From an uncultured Acidobacteriota bacterium (GTDB taxonomy: Bacteria; Acidobacteriota; Thermoanaerobaculia; Multivoradales; UBA5704), in assembly GCA_963770895.1 (NCBI GenBank), contig CAVYRF010000002.1, forward strand, positions 608,001 through 672,000: a stretch of DNA of 64,000 bases, in the 5' to 3' direction. A model generated the notes under the pieces. That model was not told where the DNA came from. It saw nothing but the letters and a program-made list of their open reading frames with translations, and did not search any database. The position numbers and the translations under genes were made by a program. Shown piece after piece: positions 8,268 to 21,982 of this stretch. Position 1 is the first letter of the stretch. Each line of letters opens with the position of its first letter.

Positions 8268-10487
8268 ATGCACCTTCTGACCGCCCTCGAGGCGTTCTGC
8301 GATTCGGCCTGCATCGGCCGCGGCGAGCGCCTGGTGGTTGCCTTTTCAGGCGGCGGCGACTCCACGGCGCTGCTGTGGGGGCTGTCGCGCGTCGCACCGG
8401 CCCGCCGCATCGACCTGGTTGCGGCCCACCTCGACCACGGCATGGACAGCGGCTCCGCGGAGCGCGCGGAGCGCGCGGCCCTGCTGGCCCGCCGCATCGG
8501 CGTGCCGCTGGTGGCGGCGCGGCGCCCGCTCGCGCAGTGGCGCGCCACCGGCGAGAGCGCCGAAGCCGCCGCCCGCCGCATCCGCTACCGCTTCCTCGAT
8601 GACGTCCGCCGCGACGGCTTGGCGCGCTCGGTGGTCACCGCCCACACCCTTGACGACCAGGCCGAAACCGTCCTGCTGCGTCTGCGTTTCGGCACCACCC
8701 TGGCCGGCCTGGCCGGCATCCGGCCCGCGGCCGGCCACGTGCTTCGCCCCCTGCTGCACGCGCCGCGCACCACACTGCGAGCGGCCCTCGCCGCCGCCGG
8801 CCTGCAGCCCATCGAAGATCCCGGCAACGCCGACCTCCGCCAGCCCCGCAGCCTGGTCCGCCACCGCATCCTGCCCGCCCTCGCCCAAGCCGAGCGCCCG
8901 GCCGCCGCCGGCGCCCCAGCCACCCCAGGCACCCCAGGCACCCCAGGCACCCCAGGCACACCAGTGCTTGGCGATCGCTGCGGTTCGTCGCCAGGTGACG
9001 CGGCCACGCCAGGGCACGCAACCGGCGGCGCTCGCAGCTCCGCTCCCAATGCCGGAGCGGCCCGCGCCGAGCTGGTCGACCTGCTCGCCAGCGTAGCGCA
9101 CCGGACGCTGCGGTCGCTCCCGGTTCTGGACCGGCGGTTGAGCGCGGCGATCGGCCTCCAGGTGGCAGGGGGCGACCGCCGGTCAGGGCTCGCCAACCAT
9201 GGCGATCTGCCGCCGGCCTCCGGCCAGGTGCCGATGGGCGCTCTGCCGTTCACCGGCCACCCGCCGATCGGCGATTCGCAGCTTACGGGCGGGCTGCCGC
9301 CGGCAGGCAACCTGGCGCCAACTGGCGACCTGCTTCCCGTCGACGATCCGCTGTCAACCGGCGATCTGCCACTGAAAGGCCACCTGCCGCCAGGCGATCT
9401 GCCGCCGGGCGCCTTGTCACCAACTGGCGGCTTGGCACTTGCGGTGCGACCGGTGGGCGAGACATTGCAGGTTTCCGCCGATGGCGCCCGCCTTGCGGCT
9501 CTGCCCGAGTCCCTGCTGCCCCATGCCCTTGGGCTGCTCCACCGCCGCGCTGGCGCTGTCTATCCAGCCAGCCGCGCGGCGATTGCCGAGCTGCGCCGTC
9601 AACTCTTGCGGCGAGCGCCGGACACCCGGGCGCCGACGTCAGGCACCGAAACGCCGCTCCAGATGGGTGATGCTATCCAGGCTGCCTATGGCACGGCGTC
9701 TCAAACCTGGCGCTGCGGATGGCAAGACGGTCCGGCGGGTTCCGCGAAGCAAGAGCGGTGCGCTGGGCAAGAGCGGTTGTGGGAAAAACAAAGCAGAGGC
9801 GCCGAGTCGAAGCTGAACGCGGGCGACCGCCTCCAGAGGGCTGGCGGCGGCCGGTCTAGACGGCAAGGGGGCGACCGGCTCCAGGGGGCCGGCTGTGGCG
9901 GGGCGCGGTTGGCTTGCGACTGCGGCGGCGGGTGGAAGTGGGTGCTGCGGGTCGGCCGGCTGTACCTGGAGCGCGGCGGGGAGCGGGCAGGGCGGGAGAG
10001 CTGGGACAGGCGGAATCCGGGGTGGCGGCAAGATCAGGAGGAGACGGCGGCGTCCTTCGAATATACTTTGGAGGGTCCGGGGGTGCTTGCCATCCCGGAG
10101 GTTGCGGTTGCCGTCAGGGTGAGCTTGCAGCCGGTGGCACCCTGGATGCTGCGCGGGGACCGCCAGCGAGTGGGTCTGGCGCTGCCGTCGGCGGGATCTT
10201 TGGCAGCCCTGGGCGGCGGGCGCCTTTCGGTGCGCAACCGCAGAGCCGGCGATCGTTTGCGGCCGCTGGGCGCGCCGGGCAGCCGCAAGCTGAAAGAGGT
10301 GCTGATCGACCGTGGGATTCCGCGAAGCCAACGCGATCGGCTGCCGCTGGTCTGCTGGGCTGGACAGATCGCGTGGGTGCCCGGCGTTGCCATCGACCAC
10401 CGCTTTCGGCTGCGCGGACAGGCGACGGCGTGGGTGGTCGAGCTGCTGGCATGGCCGTCCTTGGCCGGGCGGGAATCCGCACCGTGA
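8268..10487 (+). CDS. tilS: tRNA(Ile)-lysidine synthase with long low-complexity insertions (739 aa)
   Basis: VVAFSGGGDS PP-loop, HLDHG, EAAARRIRY, TAHTLDDQAET, C-terminal RRAGDRL..GSRKLKEVLID..IPRSQRDRLPL; upstream of ftsH. Confidence 0.92.
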   Translation: MHLLTALEAFCDSACIGRGERLVVAFSGGGDSTALLWGLSRVAPARRIDLVAAHLDHGMDSGSAERAERAALLARRIGVPLVAARRPLAQWRATGESAEAAARRIRYRFLDDVRRDGLARSVVTAHTLDDQAETVLLRLRFGTTLAGLAGIRPAAGHVLRPLLHAPRTTLRAALAAAGLQPIEDPGNADLRQPRSLVRHRILPALAQAERPAAAGAPATPGTPGTPGTPGTPVLGDRCGSSPGDAATPGHATGGARSSAPNAGAARAELVDLLASVAHRTLRSLPVLDRRLSAAIGLQVAGGDRRSGLANHGDLPPASGQVPMGALPFTGHPPIGDSQLTGGLPPAGNLAPTGDLLPVDDPLSTGDLPLKGHLPPGDLPPGALSPTGGLALAVRPVGETLQVSADGARLAALPESLLPHALGLLHRRAGAVYPASRAAIAELRRQLLRRAPDTRAPTSGTETPLQMGDAIQAAYGTASQTWRCGWQDGPAGSAKQERCAGQERLWEKQSRGAESKLNAGDRLQRAGGGRSRRQGGDRLQGAGCGGARLACDCGGGWKWVLRVGRLYLERGGERAGRESWDRRNPGWRQDQEETAASFEYTLEGPGVLAIPEVAVAVRVSLQPVAPWMLRGDRQRVGLALPSAGSLAALGGGRLSVRNRRAGDRLRPLGAPGSRKLKEVLIDRGIPRSQRDRLPLVCWAGQIAWVPGVAIDHRFRLRGQATAWVVELLAWPSLAGRESAP

Positions 10488-10575
10488 GTGCGCGGTTGAG
10501 GTGTTGGTAGGGATGTTCCATCCCGCCCGCGCAAGGCTGTTTGAGCTGTGCAAGGAATTGTGAGGTAGCCGAGCT

Positions 10576-12669
<2,094 letters not shown>

Positions 12670-12706
12670 CAGGGACCCTCTCCGCATCCCGCGGCGCGCC
12701 CTGGAC

Positions 12707-13648
12707 ATGGAGACTGCCAGCCTGCCCGGAGCCGCCGCCCACCGCACCCCCTCTCGTTGGACGCTGAAGCTGCCGGGCGGCCGTCGCCTGCCGCTCGGCG
12801 GCGGCAGGCCCCTGGTGATGGGCATCCTCAACGTGACGCCCGATTCGTTCAGCGATGGCGGCTTGTGGAGCGACCCGCCGCGCGCCGTCGACCGCGCCCT
12901 GGCGATGCTGGACCAGGGGGCCGACATGGTGGATCTCGGCGCCGAATCGACCCGCCCCGGCGGCGGCGTCTACGGCGCGGGAGCGCGGACCGTGCCCGCC
13001 GACGAGGAGGCCGCCCGCCTGCTGCCGGTGCTGGCGGCGCTGCGGCGCGCCACCTCGGCGCCGCTGTCGGTGGATACCCGCAAGGGCGAGGTGGCGCGCC
13101 GCGCTCTCGCGCTCGGGGCGGACCTGATCAACGACGTCGGCGCCCTGAGCGACCCCGACCTGGGCGTCGCGGTGGCCGAGGCAGGGTGCCCGCTGGTGCT
13201 GATGCACAGCCGCGGCGAGCTGGCCACGATGCAGCGCGGCATCGCCTTCCGCGACCTGCTGGGCGACGTGCGCGGCGAGCTGAGCGCCGCCGCCCAGCGC
13301 GCGGTCGACACCGGGGTCGACGCCCAGCAGCTGATCCTCGACCCCGGCCTCGGCTTCGGCAAGACCTACCAGCAGGACCTGGCCCTGCTGCGGCATCTGC
13401 CGGCGCTGGCCGAGCTCGGGCGGCCGCTGCTGGTGGGGGCGAGCCGCAAGAGCTTTCTCGGCACCGCCGCCAGGACGGTCGCCGACTCCGATGGCGCGAT
13501 CGCGCCGCCCACCAACCGCCTGCCGGGGAGCCTGGCGGCGCTCGCCTGGGCTGCCGCCGGACGCGCTGCCATCGTGCGCGTGCACGACGTCGTCGAGTCG
13601 GTGCGCTTCCTGGCGGTGTGGCGCGCCATCGCCGAGGCACGCACTTGA
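12707..13648 (+). CDS. folP: Dihydropteroate synthase
   Basis: MGILNVTPDSFSDGG, GAESTRPG, DPGLGFGK, GASRKSF and IVRVHDV motifs; start uncertain. Confidence 0.95.
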   Translation: METASLPGAAAHRTPSRWTLKLPGGRRLPLGGGRPLVMGILNVTPDSFSDGGLWSDPPRAVDRALAMLDQGADMVDLGAESTRPGGGVYGAGARTVPADEEAARLLPVLAALRRATSAPLSVDTRKGEVARRALALGADLINDVGALSDPDLGVAVAEAGCPLVLMHSRGELATMQRGIAFRDLLGDVRGELSAAAQRAVDTGVDAQQLILDPGLGFGKTYQQDLALLRHLPALAELGRPLLVGASRKSFLGTAARTVADSDGAIAPPTNRLPGSLAALAWAAAGRAAIVRVHDVVESVRFLAVWRAIAEART

Positions 13649-14439
13649 GCTGGACGCGCTGGGAGCCGTTTTTCGGCCTGCTCACCTGGCACGACGCCGT
13701 CGACATCCTTGCCGTCGCCCTGGTCGTCTACAACCTGCTGCTGCTCATCCGCGGCACCCGCGCGGTGCAGGTGCTGCTGGGGATCGTCTTCGTCGGGCTG
13801 GTCTATTACGGCGCCCGGCTCGCCGACCTGGTGACGCTCCAGGCCATCCTGGAGAGCCTGCTGATCGCCCTGCCGTTTGCCATCATCGTCCTCTTCCAGC
13901 AGGAGATGCGGCGCGGCCTGGCCAACTTCGGCCGCAACCCGCTGTGGGGGTTTTCGAAGCAGCAACAGCTGGCGTCGGGGTTCGGCGACATCGTGCTGGC
14001 CGCCACCACCCTTTCGGCCCGCCAGATCGGCGGCCTGATCGTCATCGAACGGCTGCAGGGCCTGCGCACCTACATCGAAAACGGCATCGCCCTGGACGCC
14101 CGGCTGTCGTTCGACCTGCTGATCAACATCTTCACCCCCGACACACCGCTCCACGACGGCGCGGTGATCGTGCAGGAGAACCGCATCGCCGCCGCGGCCT
14201 GCTTCCTGCCGCTCACCGCCAATCCCAACCTGTCCAAGGAGCTGGGCACGCGCCATCGCGCGGCGCTCGGGATCACCGAGGAGACCGACGCCGTGACGGT
14301 CGTCATCTCCGAGGAGACGGGGGCGATCTCGCTCGCCTGTGACGGCGCCATGGTGCGGGAGCTGGACGGCAAGAGCCTGCGCAATGCGCTGTACAAGTAC
14401 CTGATCAGCGAACCCCACCCGCGGGGTCTGGGCCGTTGA
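13645..14439 (+). CDS. cdaA: Diadenylate cyclase CdaA/DacA
   Basis: Three N-terminal TM helices, PLHDGA and GTRHRAA DAC motifs; TTG start overlaps folP stop. Confidence 0.95.
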   Translation: MSWTRWEPFFGLLTWHDAVDILAVALVVYNLLLLIRGTRAVQVLLGIVFVGLVYYGARLADLVTLQAILESLLIALPFAIIVLFQQEMRRGLANFGRNPLWGFSKQQQLASGFGDIVLAATTLSARQIGGLIVIERLQGLRTYIENGIALDARLSFDLLINIFTPDTPLHDGAVIVQENRIAAAACFLPLTANPNLSKELGTRHRAALGITEETDAVTVVISEETGAISLACDGAMVRELDGKSLRNALYKYLISEPHPRGLGR

Positions 14440-15143
14440 GCGAACGCGAACGGCGCACCCAGATCTGGGGGCTGCGGCTGCTCGCCGTCGGCATCGCCGT
14501 CGGGCTGTGGTTCAACTTCTCCTTCGAGGCGCGCGAGGCGCCGTCGGAGCGGGTGATCGAGGCGAGCGTCAGCTACAATCGCCCGCGCGGCTTCATCGTG
14601 CTGGACCAGATCCCGAGCGTCAACGTGCGCCTGCGCGGCAGCAGCAAGGCCGTCCGCCGGCTGAGCCCCTTCCAGGTCAACGTGCAGGTCGACCTGGCCC
14701 ACTATCGCGAGGGCACCTGGACGGTGAATCTCGGCAGCGAAAACGTCCTGATGCCCGAAAACATGGAAGTGGTGGGGATCGAGCCCGCGAGCATCCGCGT
14801 CGAGCTGGAAAAGGAAGTCAGCCAGAGCCTGCCGGTCGTGCCCAAGCTGACCGGCGAACCCGCCGGCGGCGCCACCATGGAGGAGCCCGAGGTGCTGCCC
14901 AGCCAGGTGCTGGTCACCGGTCCGCAGTCGCGGATCGTGCGTGCCGCCAGCCTTTCGACCGAACCGATCAACCTGGACGGGCACGCCCTGCCGTTCGACG
15001 CGATCGTCGACGTGATCTCGCCCGACCCGCTCATCCAGATCATCCAGCCCTTCAAGGTGCAGGTGCGGGTCCTGCTGCAGCCGCCGCAGGCGAGCACGCC
15101 CGCGGACCAGGCGCCAAAACGCACGCCGCGAGGCAAGCATTGA
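14436..15143 (+). CDS. cdaR: CdaR/YbbR-like regulator of CdaA
   Basis: N-terminal TM anchor, YbbR-like beta-rich segments, canonical cdaA-cdaR-glmM position. Confidence 0.85.
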   Translation: MSERERRTQIWGLRLLAVGIAVGLWFNFSFEAREAPSERVIEASVSYNRPRGFIVLDQIPSVNVRLRGSSKAVRRLSPFQVNVQVDLAHYREGTWTVNLGSENVLMPENMEVVGIEPASIRVELEKEVSQSLPVVPKLTGEPAGGATMEEPEVLPSQVLVTGPQSRIVRAASLSTEPINLDGHALPFDAIVDVISPDPLIQIIQPFKVQVRVLLQPPQASTPADQAPKRTPRGKH

Positions 15144-16666
15144 GCGCGCCGGCCGGCATCGCCGGCCCCACGCCAGCGACGCCGACGCCCACATCGACAC
15201 CGCCACCGACGCGGCTGTTCGGCACCGACGGGGTGCGCGGGCGGTTCGGCGAGCCACCGCTGGACCGGCAGACGGTCACCGCCCTGGCGCGCCAGATCGC
15301 CGCCACCCTGGCCGAGCGCCGCGGGGGGCCGGATGGGGCGGCTGGATCGGCGGCGGCCCCGGTGGTGATTCTGGGGGGCGACACCCGCGAAAGCACGCCC
15401 GAAATCTGCCGCTGGCTGGCCGCCGGGCTGGCCGCCGGCGGCGTCCAGGTGCGCGATGCCGGCGTCATCTCCACGCCGGGCATCGCCTTTCTGGCCCAGG
15501 CGCTGGGCGCCGACGCCGGCATCGCCGTCTCCGCCAGCCACAACCCCTATCCCGACAACGGCATCAAGCTCCTCGACGGCAACGGCTTCAAATGGACCGA
15601 AGACGCCGAGCTGGCGCTGGCGGCCAGGCTGGACGCCGCCGGTGAGGCGGCGGCCACCGCGGCCGCCGACGCGGCGCCGCACGCCGAGCTGCCGGCCGTG
15701 GACGCAAGCCTTCGCGATCGCTACCTGACGCACCTTGCCGCGGAAGTCGCCCGATTGACCAGCGGTCCCCAGGTCCTGCCGCTCGCCGGCCTGCGCATCG
15801 TCGCGGATGCCGGCAACGGCGCCGCGTCAGGCTATGCGGGCGAGATCTTCGGCCGCCTGGGCGCCGAGGTGACGCTGCTGTGCGCCGCGCCGGACGGCCG
15901 CAACGTGAACCTGGGCTGCGGCTCGACCGCGCCGGAAGCGATGGCGGCAGCGGTCGTCGCGGCGGGCGCGCACCTTGGGGTGGCGTTCGACGGCGACGCC
16001 GACCGCTGCATCGTCGCCGACGAGTGCGGCCAGGTGCGCGACGGCGACGCCATCCTGTACCTCCTGGCGACCAGCCTGCAGGCCGCAGGCCGCCTGGTCC
16101 CGCCCCAGGTCGTCGCCACCTCGATGAGCAACCTGGGCCTGGAGCGCGCCCTGGCGCGCCAGGGCATCGGCGTGGTGCGCTGCGACGTCGGCGACCGCTG
16201 GGTGGTCGAAGCCATGCGCCGCGACGGCATCCGCCTGGGCGGCGAGCAGTCGGGCCACATCGTCTGGCTGGACGCCGCCACCACCGGCGACGGCCTGCTC
16301 ACCGCCCTCGCCATCGCCGCGCGCCTGCGCCGTTCAGGCCAGCCGCTGTCCGCGCTCCTGGCCCCCTTCCGCCGCTATCCCCAGATCCTGCTCAACGTCC
16401 GCGTGGCGCGCAAACCCGACCTGTCCACCCTGCCCGCCATCGCCGCCGCCGTCCGCGCCGTCGAAACCGACCTGGGCGAAGACGGCCGCCTGGTCCTGCG
16501 CTACAGCGGCACCGAACCCCTCGCCCGCGTCATGATCGAAGGCCCCGACCAGACCACCATCGACACCCTCGCCACCCACCTCGCCACCCTCCTCGCCGCC
16601 GAGCTCGGCCCCCCACCCGCCCCTGCCCCTGCCGACCCAGCGCCGGCGCCCCTGGTGGTGAGTTGA
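15140..16666 (+). CDS. glmM: Phosphoglucosamine mutase
   Basis: LFGTDGVRG, SASHNP, AFDGDADR, GGEQSGH and RYSGTEP motifs. Confidence 0.95.
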   Translation: MSAPAGIAGPTPATPTPTSTPPPTRLFGTDGVRGRFGEPPLDRQTVTALARQIAATLAERRGGPDGAAGSAAAPVVILGGDTRESTPEICRWLAAGLAAGGVQVRDAGVISTPGIAFLAQALGADAGIAVSASHNPYPDNGIKLLDGNGFKWTEDAELALAARLDAAGEAAATAAADAAPHAELPAVDASLRDRYLTHLAAEVARLTSGPQVLPLAGLRIVADAGNGAASGYAGEIFGRLGAEVTLLCAAPDGRNVNLGCGSTAPEAMAAAVVAAGAHLGVAFDGDADRCIVADECGQVRDGDAILYLLATSLQAAGRLVPPQVVATSMSNLGLERALARQGIGVVRCDVGDRWVVEAMRRDGIRLGGEQSGHIVWLDAATTGDGLLTALAIAARLRRSGQPLSALLAPFRRYPQILLNVRVARKPDLSTLPAIAAAVRAVETDLGEDGRLVLRYSGTEPLARVMIEGPDQTTIDTLATHLATLLAAELGPPPAPAPADPAPAPLVVS

Positions 16667-16801
16667 TCTCCGCCTGAAGCCCCGCTCCTACAGCTTGAGG
16701 CCGACCGCCGCGCCCCGGTCGGCCAAAGTACCAGCCTCTGCTGCAGTTCCCTTGCAACGCCACATCAGGGCCTCCATAATGGAGGAAGATCGGAGGATTC
16801 A

Positions 16802-17035
16802 GTGGCGACGCTCAACCTCAAGAACTTCCCTGACGCTCTCTACGAGCACCTTCGGGCGCGTGCCCTGCAAGAGCGGAGATCGATCGCGCAAGAGGTGATT
16901 CATCTCCTGGCGCAAGCGATCGAACCCGAAGCTCCGCGCTCGATCATGGAGCTCCAAGGGCTGGGCAAAGAGTGCTGGCAGGGACTGGATCCGGTCGCGT
17001 ACGTCCGGGCTGAGCGCGACTCGTGGGACTCCTGA
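16802..17035 (+). CDS. Antitoxin, FitA/Arc-like ribbon-helix-helix
   Basis: MATLNLKNFPDALYEHLRARA..RRSIAQEV; GGAGG RBS; overlaps the PIN gene. Confidence 0.85.
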   Translation: MATLNLKNFPDALYEHLRARALQERRSIAQEVIHLLAQAIEPEAPRSIMELQGLGKECWQGLDPVAYVRAERDSWDS

Positions 17036-17472
17036 GCGACCTTGGCCAAGGTCCGGTCGCCCTGGACAGCTCCATCTTCATCTATTTCATCGAAGAGCAT
17101 CGGCGCTACCTGCCGGTCGTGAAGCCGGTCTTCTCCTCGGTCGCGGCACACGATGTCGCGGCAGTCACGTCGTCCATCACGCTCCTCGAAGTCCTCGTCC
17201 GTCCGCTGCGCGCAAACCAGCCCGCATTAGCTGCCGAGTACGAGCAGATCCTGACCCGCAGCTCCGGGATCACGCTTGTCGCTCTCGATCTACCACTTCT
17301 CCGCCTTGCGTCTCATCTCCGCGCAAACTGGGGATTGAAAACCCCCGACGCGCTGCAACTGGCCGCCGCCCTCCAATCGAGTTGCACCGTGTTCCTCACG
17401 AACGACGAACGAATTCCCCAACTGCCAGGCCTTCGCGTCCTGCAAGCACAGGACTACCTGGAGCCGGAGTAA
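17023..17472 (+). CDS. vapC: PIN-domain (VapC-like) toxin
   Basis: VALDSSIFIY, ITLLEVLV, LKTPDALQLAAA and FLTND acidic PIN motifs. Confidence 0.9.
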   Translation: MGLLSDLGQGPVALDSSIFIYFIEEHRRYLPVVKPVFSSVAAHDVAAVTSSITLLEVLVRPLRANQPALAAEYEQILTRSSGITLVALDLPLLRLASHLRANWGLKTPDALQLAAALQSSCTVFLTNDERIPQLPGLRVLQAQDYLEPE

Positions 17473-17708
17473 GGTCCCTCGAGCGGCCTTCGCCGATCAC
17501 AAGACCCCCGACGTTGCTGAAGGCGGTTGGGAAGCGCTGCGTTCAGACGCGCAGCCATCGTGAGCCTCCCATCCTGTCACGCTGTCGGCAGACCCAGCCC
17601 ACCCCACTCCCGCGCACCCTAAAGAGATTCATCTACCTTATCCCACCTAATCCCTCCCCGCGAGCGCTATCCTCCAACTGGCGGCTCAATCCGCTGATCG
17701 CCTGATCC

Positions 17709-20147
17709 CTACTCCTGCCGCAGGGCGGTGAAGGGTTCCAGGTGGGCGGCGCGGTGGGCGGGGAGGTAGCAGGCCAGGAGGGCGACGGCGGCTAGCAGGG
17801 TGGCGACCAGGGCGAAGATGGCGGGGTCCAGGGGGCTGACCTGGTAAAGGATGGATTGCAGATAGCGGGTGACGGCGGCGGCGGCCAGGATGCCGGCGGC
17901 GATGCCTCCCAGGGCCAGGCGCAGGCCCTGGGCCAGGACCATGCGCAGGACCTGGGCGCGGTCGGCTCCCAGGGCCATGCGGATGCCGATTTCGCGCGGG
18001 CGGCGGCCGACAAAGTAGGACATGACGCCGAAGAGGCCGACGGCGGCCAGGACGGCGGCGAGCAGGCCCAAACCGCCCAGCAGCTGGGCGGCCATGCGTT
18101 CGACGAACAGCGAGCGGCCCAGGCGCTGGGCGCCGCTCATCACGCCGGTCGCGGCCAGACCGGGATCGAGGGCGACGCGTTCGCGCTCCACCGCCGGCAG
18201 CATGGCGAGCGGCTCGCCCACGGTGCGCACCACCAGCGTCATCTGCGAGCGGTAGTCCTGGAAGAAGGGCACGAAGAGCTCCGGATCGCCGGGGTCTTCG
18301 GCCAGCCGCCGGTACTTGTAGTCGCCCATCACGCCGACGACTTCGCGGTCGACGCCGCCCACCTTGCAGTGACGGCCGAGCGGCGACCCGCCGGACAGAA
18401 AGCGCTTGGCGAAGGCCTGGTTGACGATCAGGACGCCGGGGGCGCCTTCGCGGTCCCGCTCGCCGAACTCCCTGCCGGCGACCAGGGCGATGCCCATGGT
18501 GCGCAGGTACCCCGGCCCGACGGCGTCGGTTACGAAGGAGGTTTCGTCGGCGCTCCGCACCACGCGGCCGGGCACGTCCACCCGCTCCATGTTGCCGCCG
18601 CCGGAGGAGCCCAGCGGCGCGTAGTCGGTCAGGCTGACCGCCCGCACTCCCGGCAGCGCCGCCACCCGCGCCAGCAGCCGGCGGTCGAAGTCGCTGCCGC
18701 GCCGGCTGTCGTAGCCGCCCAGGAACAGGTCGTAGGAGGCGACCAGCAGGTGGTCGGGCGCAAAGCCCGGCCGCCGGTCGAGCGACCGCACCAGGCTCTT
18801 GCCGACCAGGCCGGCGGCGACCAGCGTCGCCAGCGACAGGCCGAGCTGGGCGATCACCAGACCGGTGCGCCAGGCGGCGTGCCGGCGCCCGCCGATCGCC
18901 GCGGCGCTGTCGTCGCGCAGGGCGCCGGCGGGCGACAGGCGCGCGCCGGTGAGCGCCGGCGCCAGACCGAAGATCAGCACGGTGGCGGCGGCCGTGGCGG
19001 CACACCACAGCAGGACCCGCGCGTCGAGCGTCAGGTTGAGGCCAAGCGGCACGTCCAGCGGCGGCAGCAGCGCCGGCAGGGCCTTGGCCCCCACCGCCGC
19101 CAGCGCGATCCCGGCGCCGCCGCCGAGCGCCGCCAGCAGCACGCTTTCGATCAGCAGCTGCCGCAGCAGGCGCCCACGTCCGGCGCCCACCGCCAGGCGG
19201 ATGTGGATCTCCCGCCGCCGCGCCAGGGCGCGCGCCAGCAGCAGGTTGGCGACGTTGAGGCAGGCGATGACCAGCACGATGGCGACGACCGCCATCAGCA
19301 CCTCGACCGCCGGCACCAGGCTGCTGGTCAGGCCGCGCTGCGATTGCGCCAGCGTGTAGGCGACCTCGTGCCAGCCGGCGCGGCTGGCCGGGCGCAGCGG
19401 CGCCAGCTGGCGCGCCAGCACGTCGAGCTCCGCCTGCGCCGCCGCCTGGGTGACGCCCGGCCGCAGCCGCGCGGTGATCTGCACCGGATAGGACCCGGCC
19501 GACACTTGGTCGCCGCCGGCCGCCAGCTGCGGCTGCTGGCCGACCGGCACCCAAAGGTCCTGGGCGATGCCGCCGTAGCTGCCCAGAAAGGCGGCCGGGG
19601 CGACGCCGATGACGACGTAGGCGTTGCGGTTGAGCGACACGCTGCGGCCGACGATCGCGGGATCGGCGCCGAAGCGCCGCCGCCACAGCGAGTTGGACAG
19701 CACCGCCACGGCATGGGCGCCGGCGCCCGCGGCTTCATCGGCGCGAAAACCGCGCCCCAGGGCGGGATGGACGCCCAGCACCGTGAAGTAGTCGGCGGTG
19801 ACCAGCCCGGCAAGGGCGATCTCCGGCCGGCCGCCGGCGGCCAGGTCCACCGGCGCCAGCTCGTAGGCGGTCATCCCCGCGAAGCCGCGCGCGTGCTCGC
19901 GGTAGAAGAGATAGTCGCGATAGGGCGTCGAATAGCCGCCGCTGTCGCCGCGCGAGTTGGAGAGGGTGACCAGGCGGGCGCCGTCCGCCACTCCGGGGAG
20001 CGGTTCGAGGAGCACCGATTTGAGCCAGGTGAAGACCGTCGTGTTGACCCCGACTCCCAGACCGAGGGCCAGCACCGCCGCGGCCGTGAAGGCCGGATTC
20101 TGGCGCAGCGACCGCACACCGTAGCGAACGTCCTGGATCCAGCTCAT
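17709..20147 (-). CDS. Duplicated MacB/FtsX-type ABC permease (ADOP family)
   Basis: QDVRYGVRSL, LALGLGVGVNTTVF, IACLNVANLLLAR, two REI.IR.A.GA motifs, PAHRAA; no ATPase gene adjacent. Confidence 0.92.
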   Translation of the reverse strand: MSWIQDVRYGVRSLRQNPAFTAAAVLALGLGVGVNTTVFTWLKSVLLEPLPGVADGARLVTLSNSRGDSGGYSTPYRDYLFYREHARGFAGMTAYELAPVDLAAGGRPEIALAGLVTADYFTVLGVHPALGRGFRADEAAGAGAHAVAVLSNSLWRRRFGADPAIVGRSVSLNRNAYVVIGVAPAAFLGSYGGIAQDLWVPVGQQPQLAAGGDQVSAGSYPVQITARLRPGVTQAAAQAELDVLARQLAPLRPASRAGWHEVAYTLAQSQRGLTSSLVPAVEVLMAVVAIVLVIACLNVANLLLARALARRREIHIRLAVGAGRGRLLRQLLIESVLLAALGGGAGIALAAVGAKALPALLPPLDVPLGLNLTLDARVLLWCAATAAATVLIFGLAPALTGARLSPAGALRDDSAAAIGGRRHAAWRTGLVIAQLGLSLATLVAAGLVGKSLVRSLDRRPGFAPDHLLVASYDLFLGGYDSRRGSDFDRRLLARVAALPGVRAVSLTDYAPLGSSGGGNMERVDVPGRVVRSADETSFVTDAVGPGYLRTMGIALVAGREFGERDREGAPGVLIVNQAFAKRFLSGGSPLGRHCKVGGVDREVVGVMGDYKYRRLAEDPGDPELFVPFFQDYRSQMTLVVRTVGEPLAMLPAVERERVALDPGLAATGVMSGAQRLGRSLFVERMAAQLLGGLGLLAAVLAAVGLFGVMSYFVGRRPREIGIRMALGADRAQVLRMVLAQGLRLALGGIAAGILAAAAVTRYLQSILYQVSPLDPAIFALVATLLAAVALLACYLPAHRAAHLEPFTALRQE

Positions 20148-20298
20148 GAGCGGCTCCCGCGCACGGCGCCAGCGCTCCTGCCCGGCGCGGGAGGGCGGCC
20201 GGCCGCGGCTTCCGTGCAACCTGTAGAGCCTTACGGCAACGGGCCGGTGTTTGTTACGCGGGGCGCCGCCGCCGGCGCGCTGGTACGGCGCGCCGGCG

Positions 20299-20514
20299 TC
20301 AGCGCTCGATCTCGTGGTTGGCGTTGAGCATCTCTTCGGGCTCGCGGGCGATCAGCACGGTGGCGCCGATCGGAAAGAGCGTGCGGTGGGCGCGCTCGCC
20401 GAAGATGCAGTTGATCTCGTAGTAGCCGTCCGAGCTCACCTGGATGAGCGTGCCCTTGCCGCCCTTGACGCCCAGGATCTCGTTGTGGATCAGCACTTCG
20501 GCCGGTAGCTCCAT
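20299..20514 (-). CDS. Small hypothetical protein
   Basis: Typical codon usage, GAGGGA RBS, directly downstream of the response regulator. Confidence 0.75.
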   Translation of the reverse strand: MELPAEVLIHNEILGVKGGKGTLIQVSSDGYYEINCIFGERAHRTLFPIGATVLIAREPEEMLNANHEIER

Positions 20515-20540
20515 GCCTGTCCCTCGCCGTCTCGTCGTCG

Positions 20541-21944
<1,404 letters not shown>

Positions 21945-21982
21945 TTTGGCACATTGGCGGCAAGTCTCGATAGGATGGGGGC

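Noticed and set aside
16802-17472. TA pair as a marker of a prophage or integrative element
   Set aside because: No integrase, att repeats or phage genes nearby
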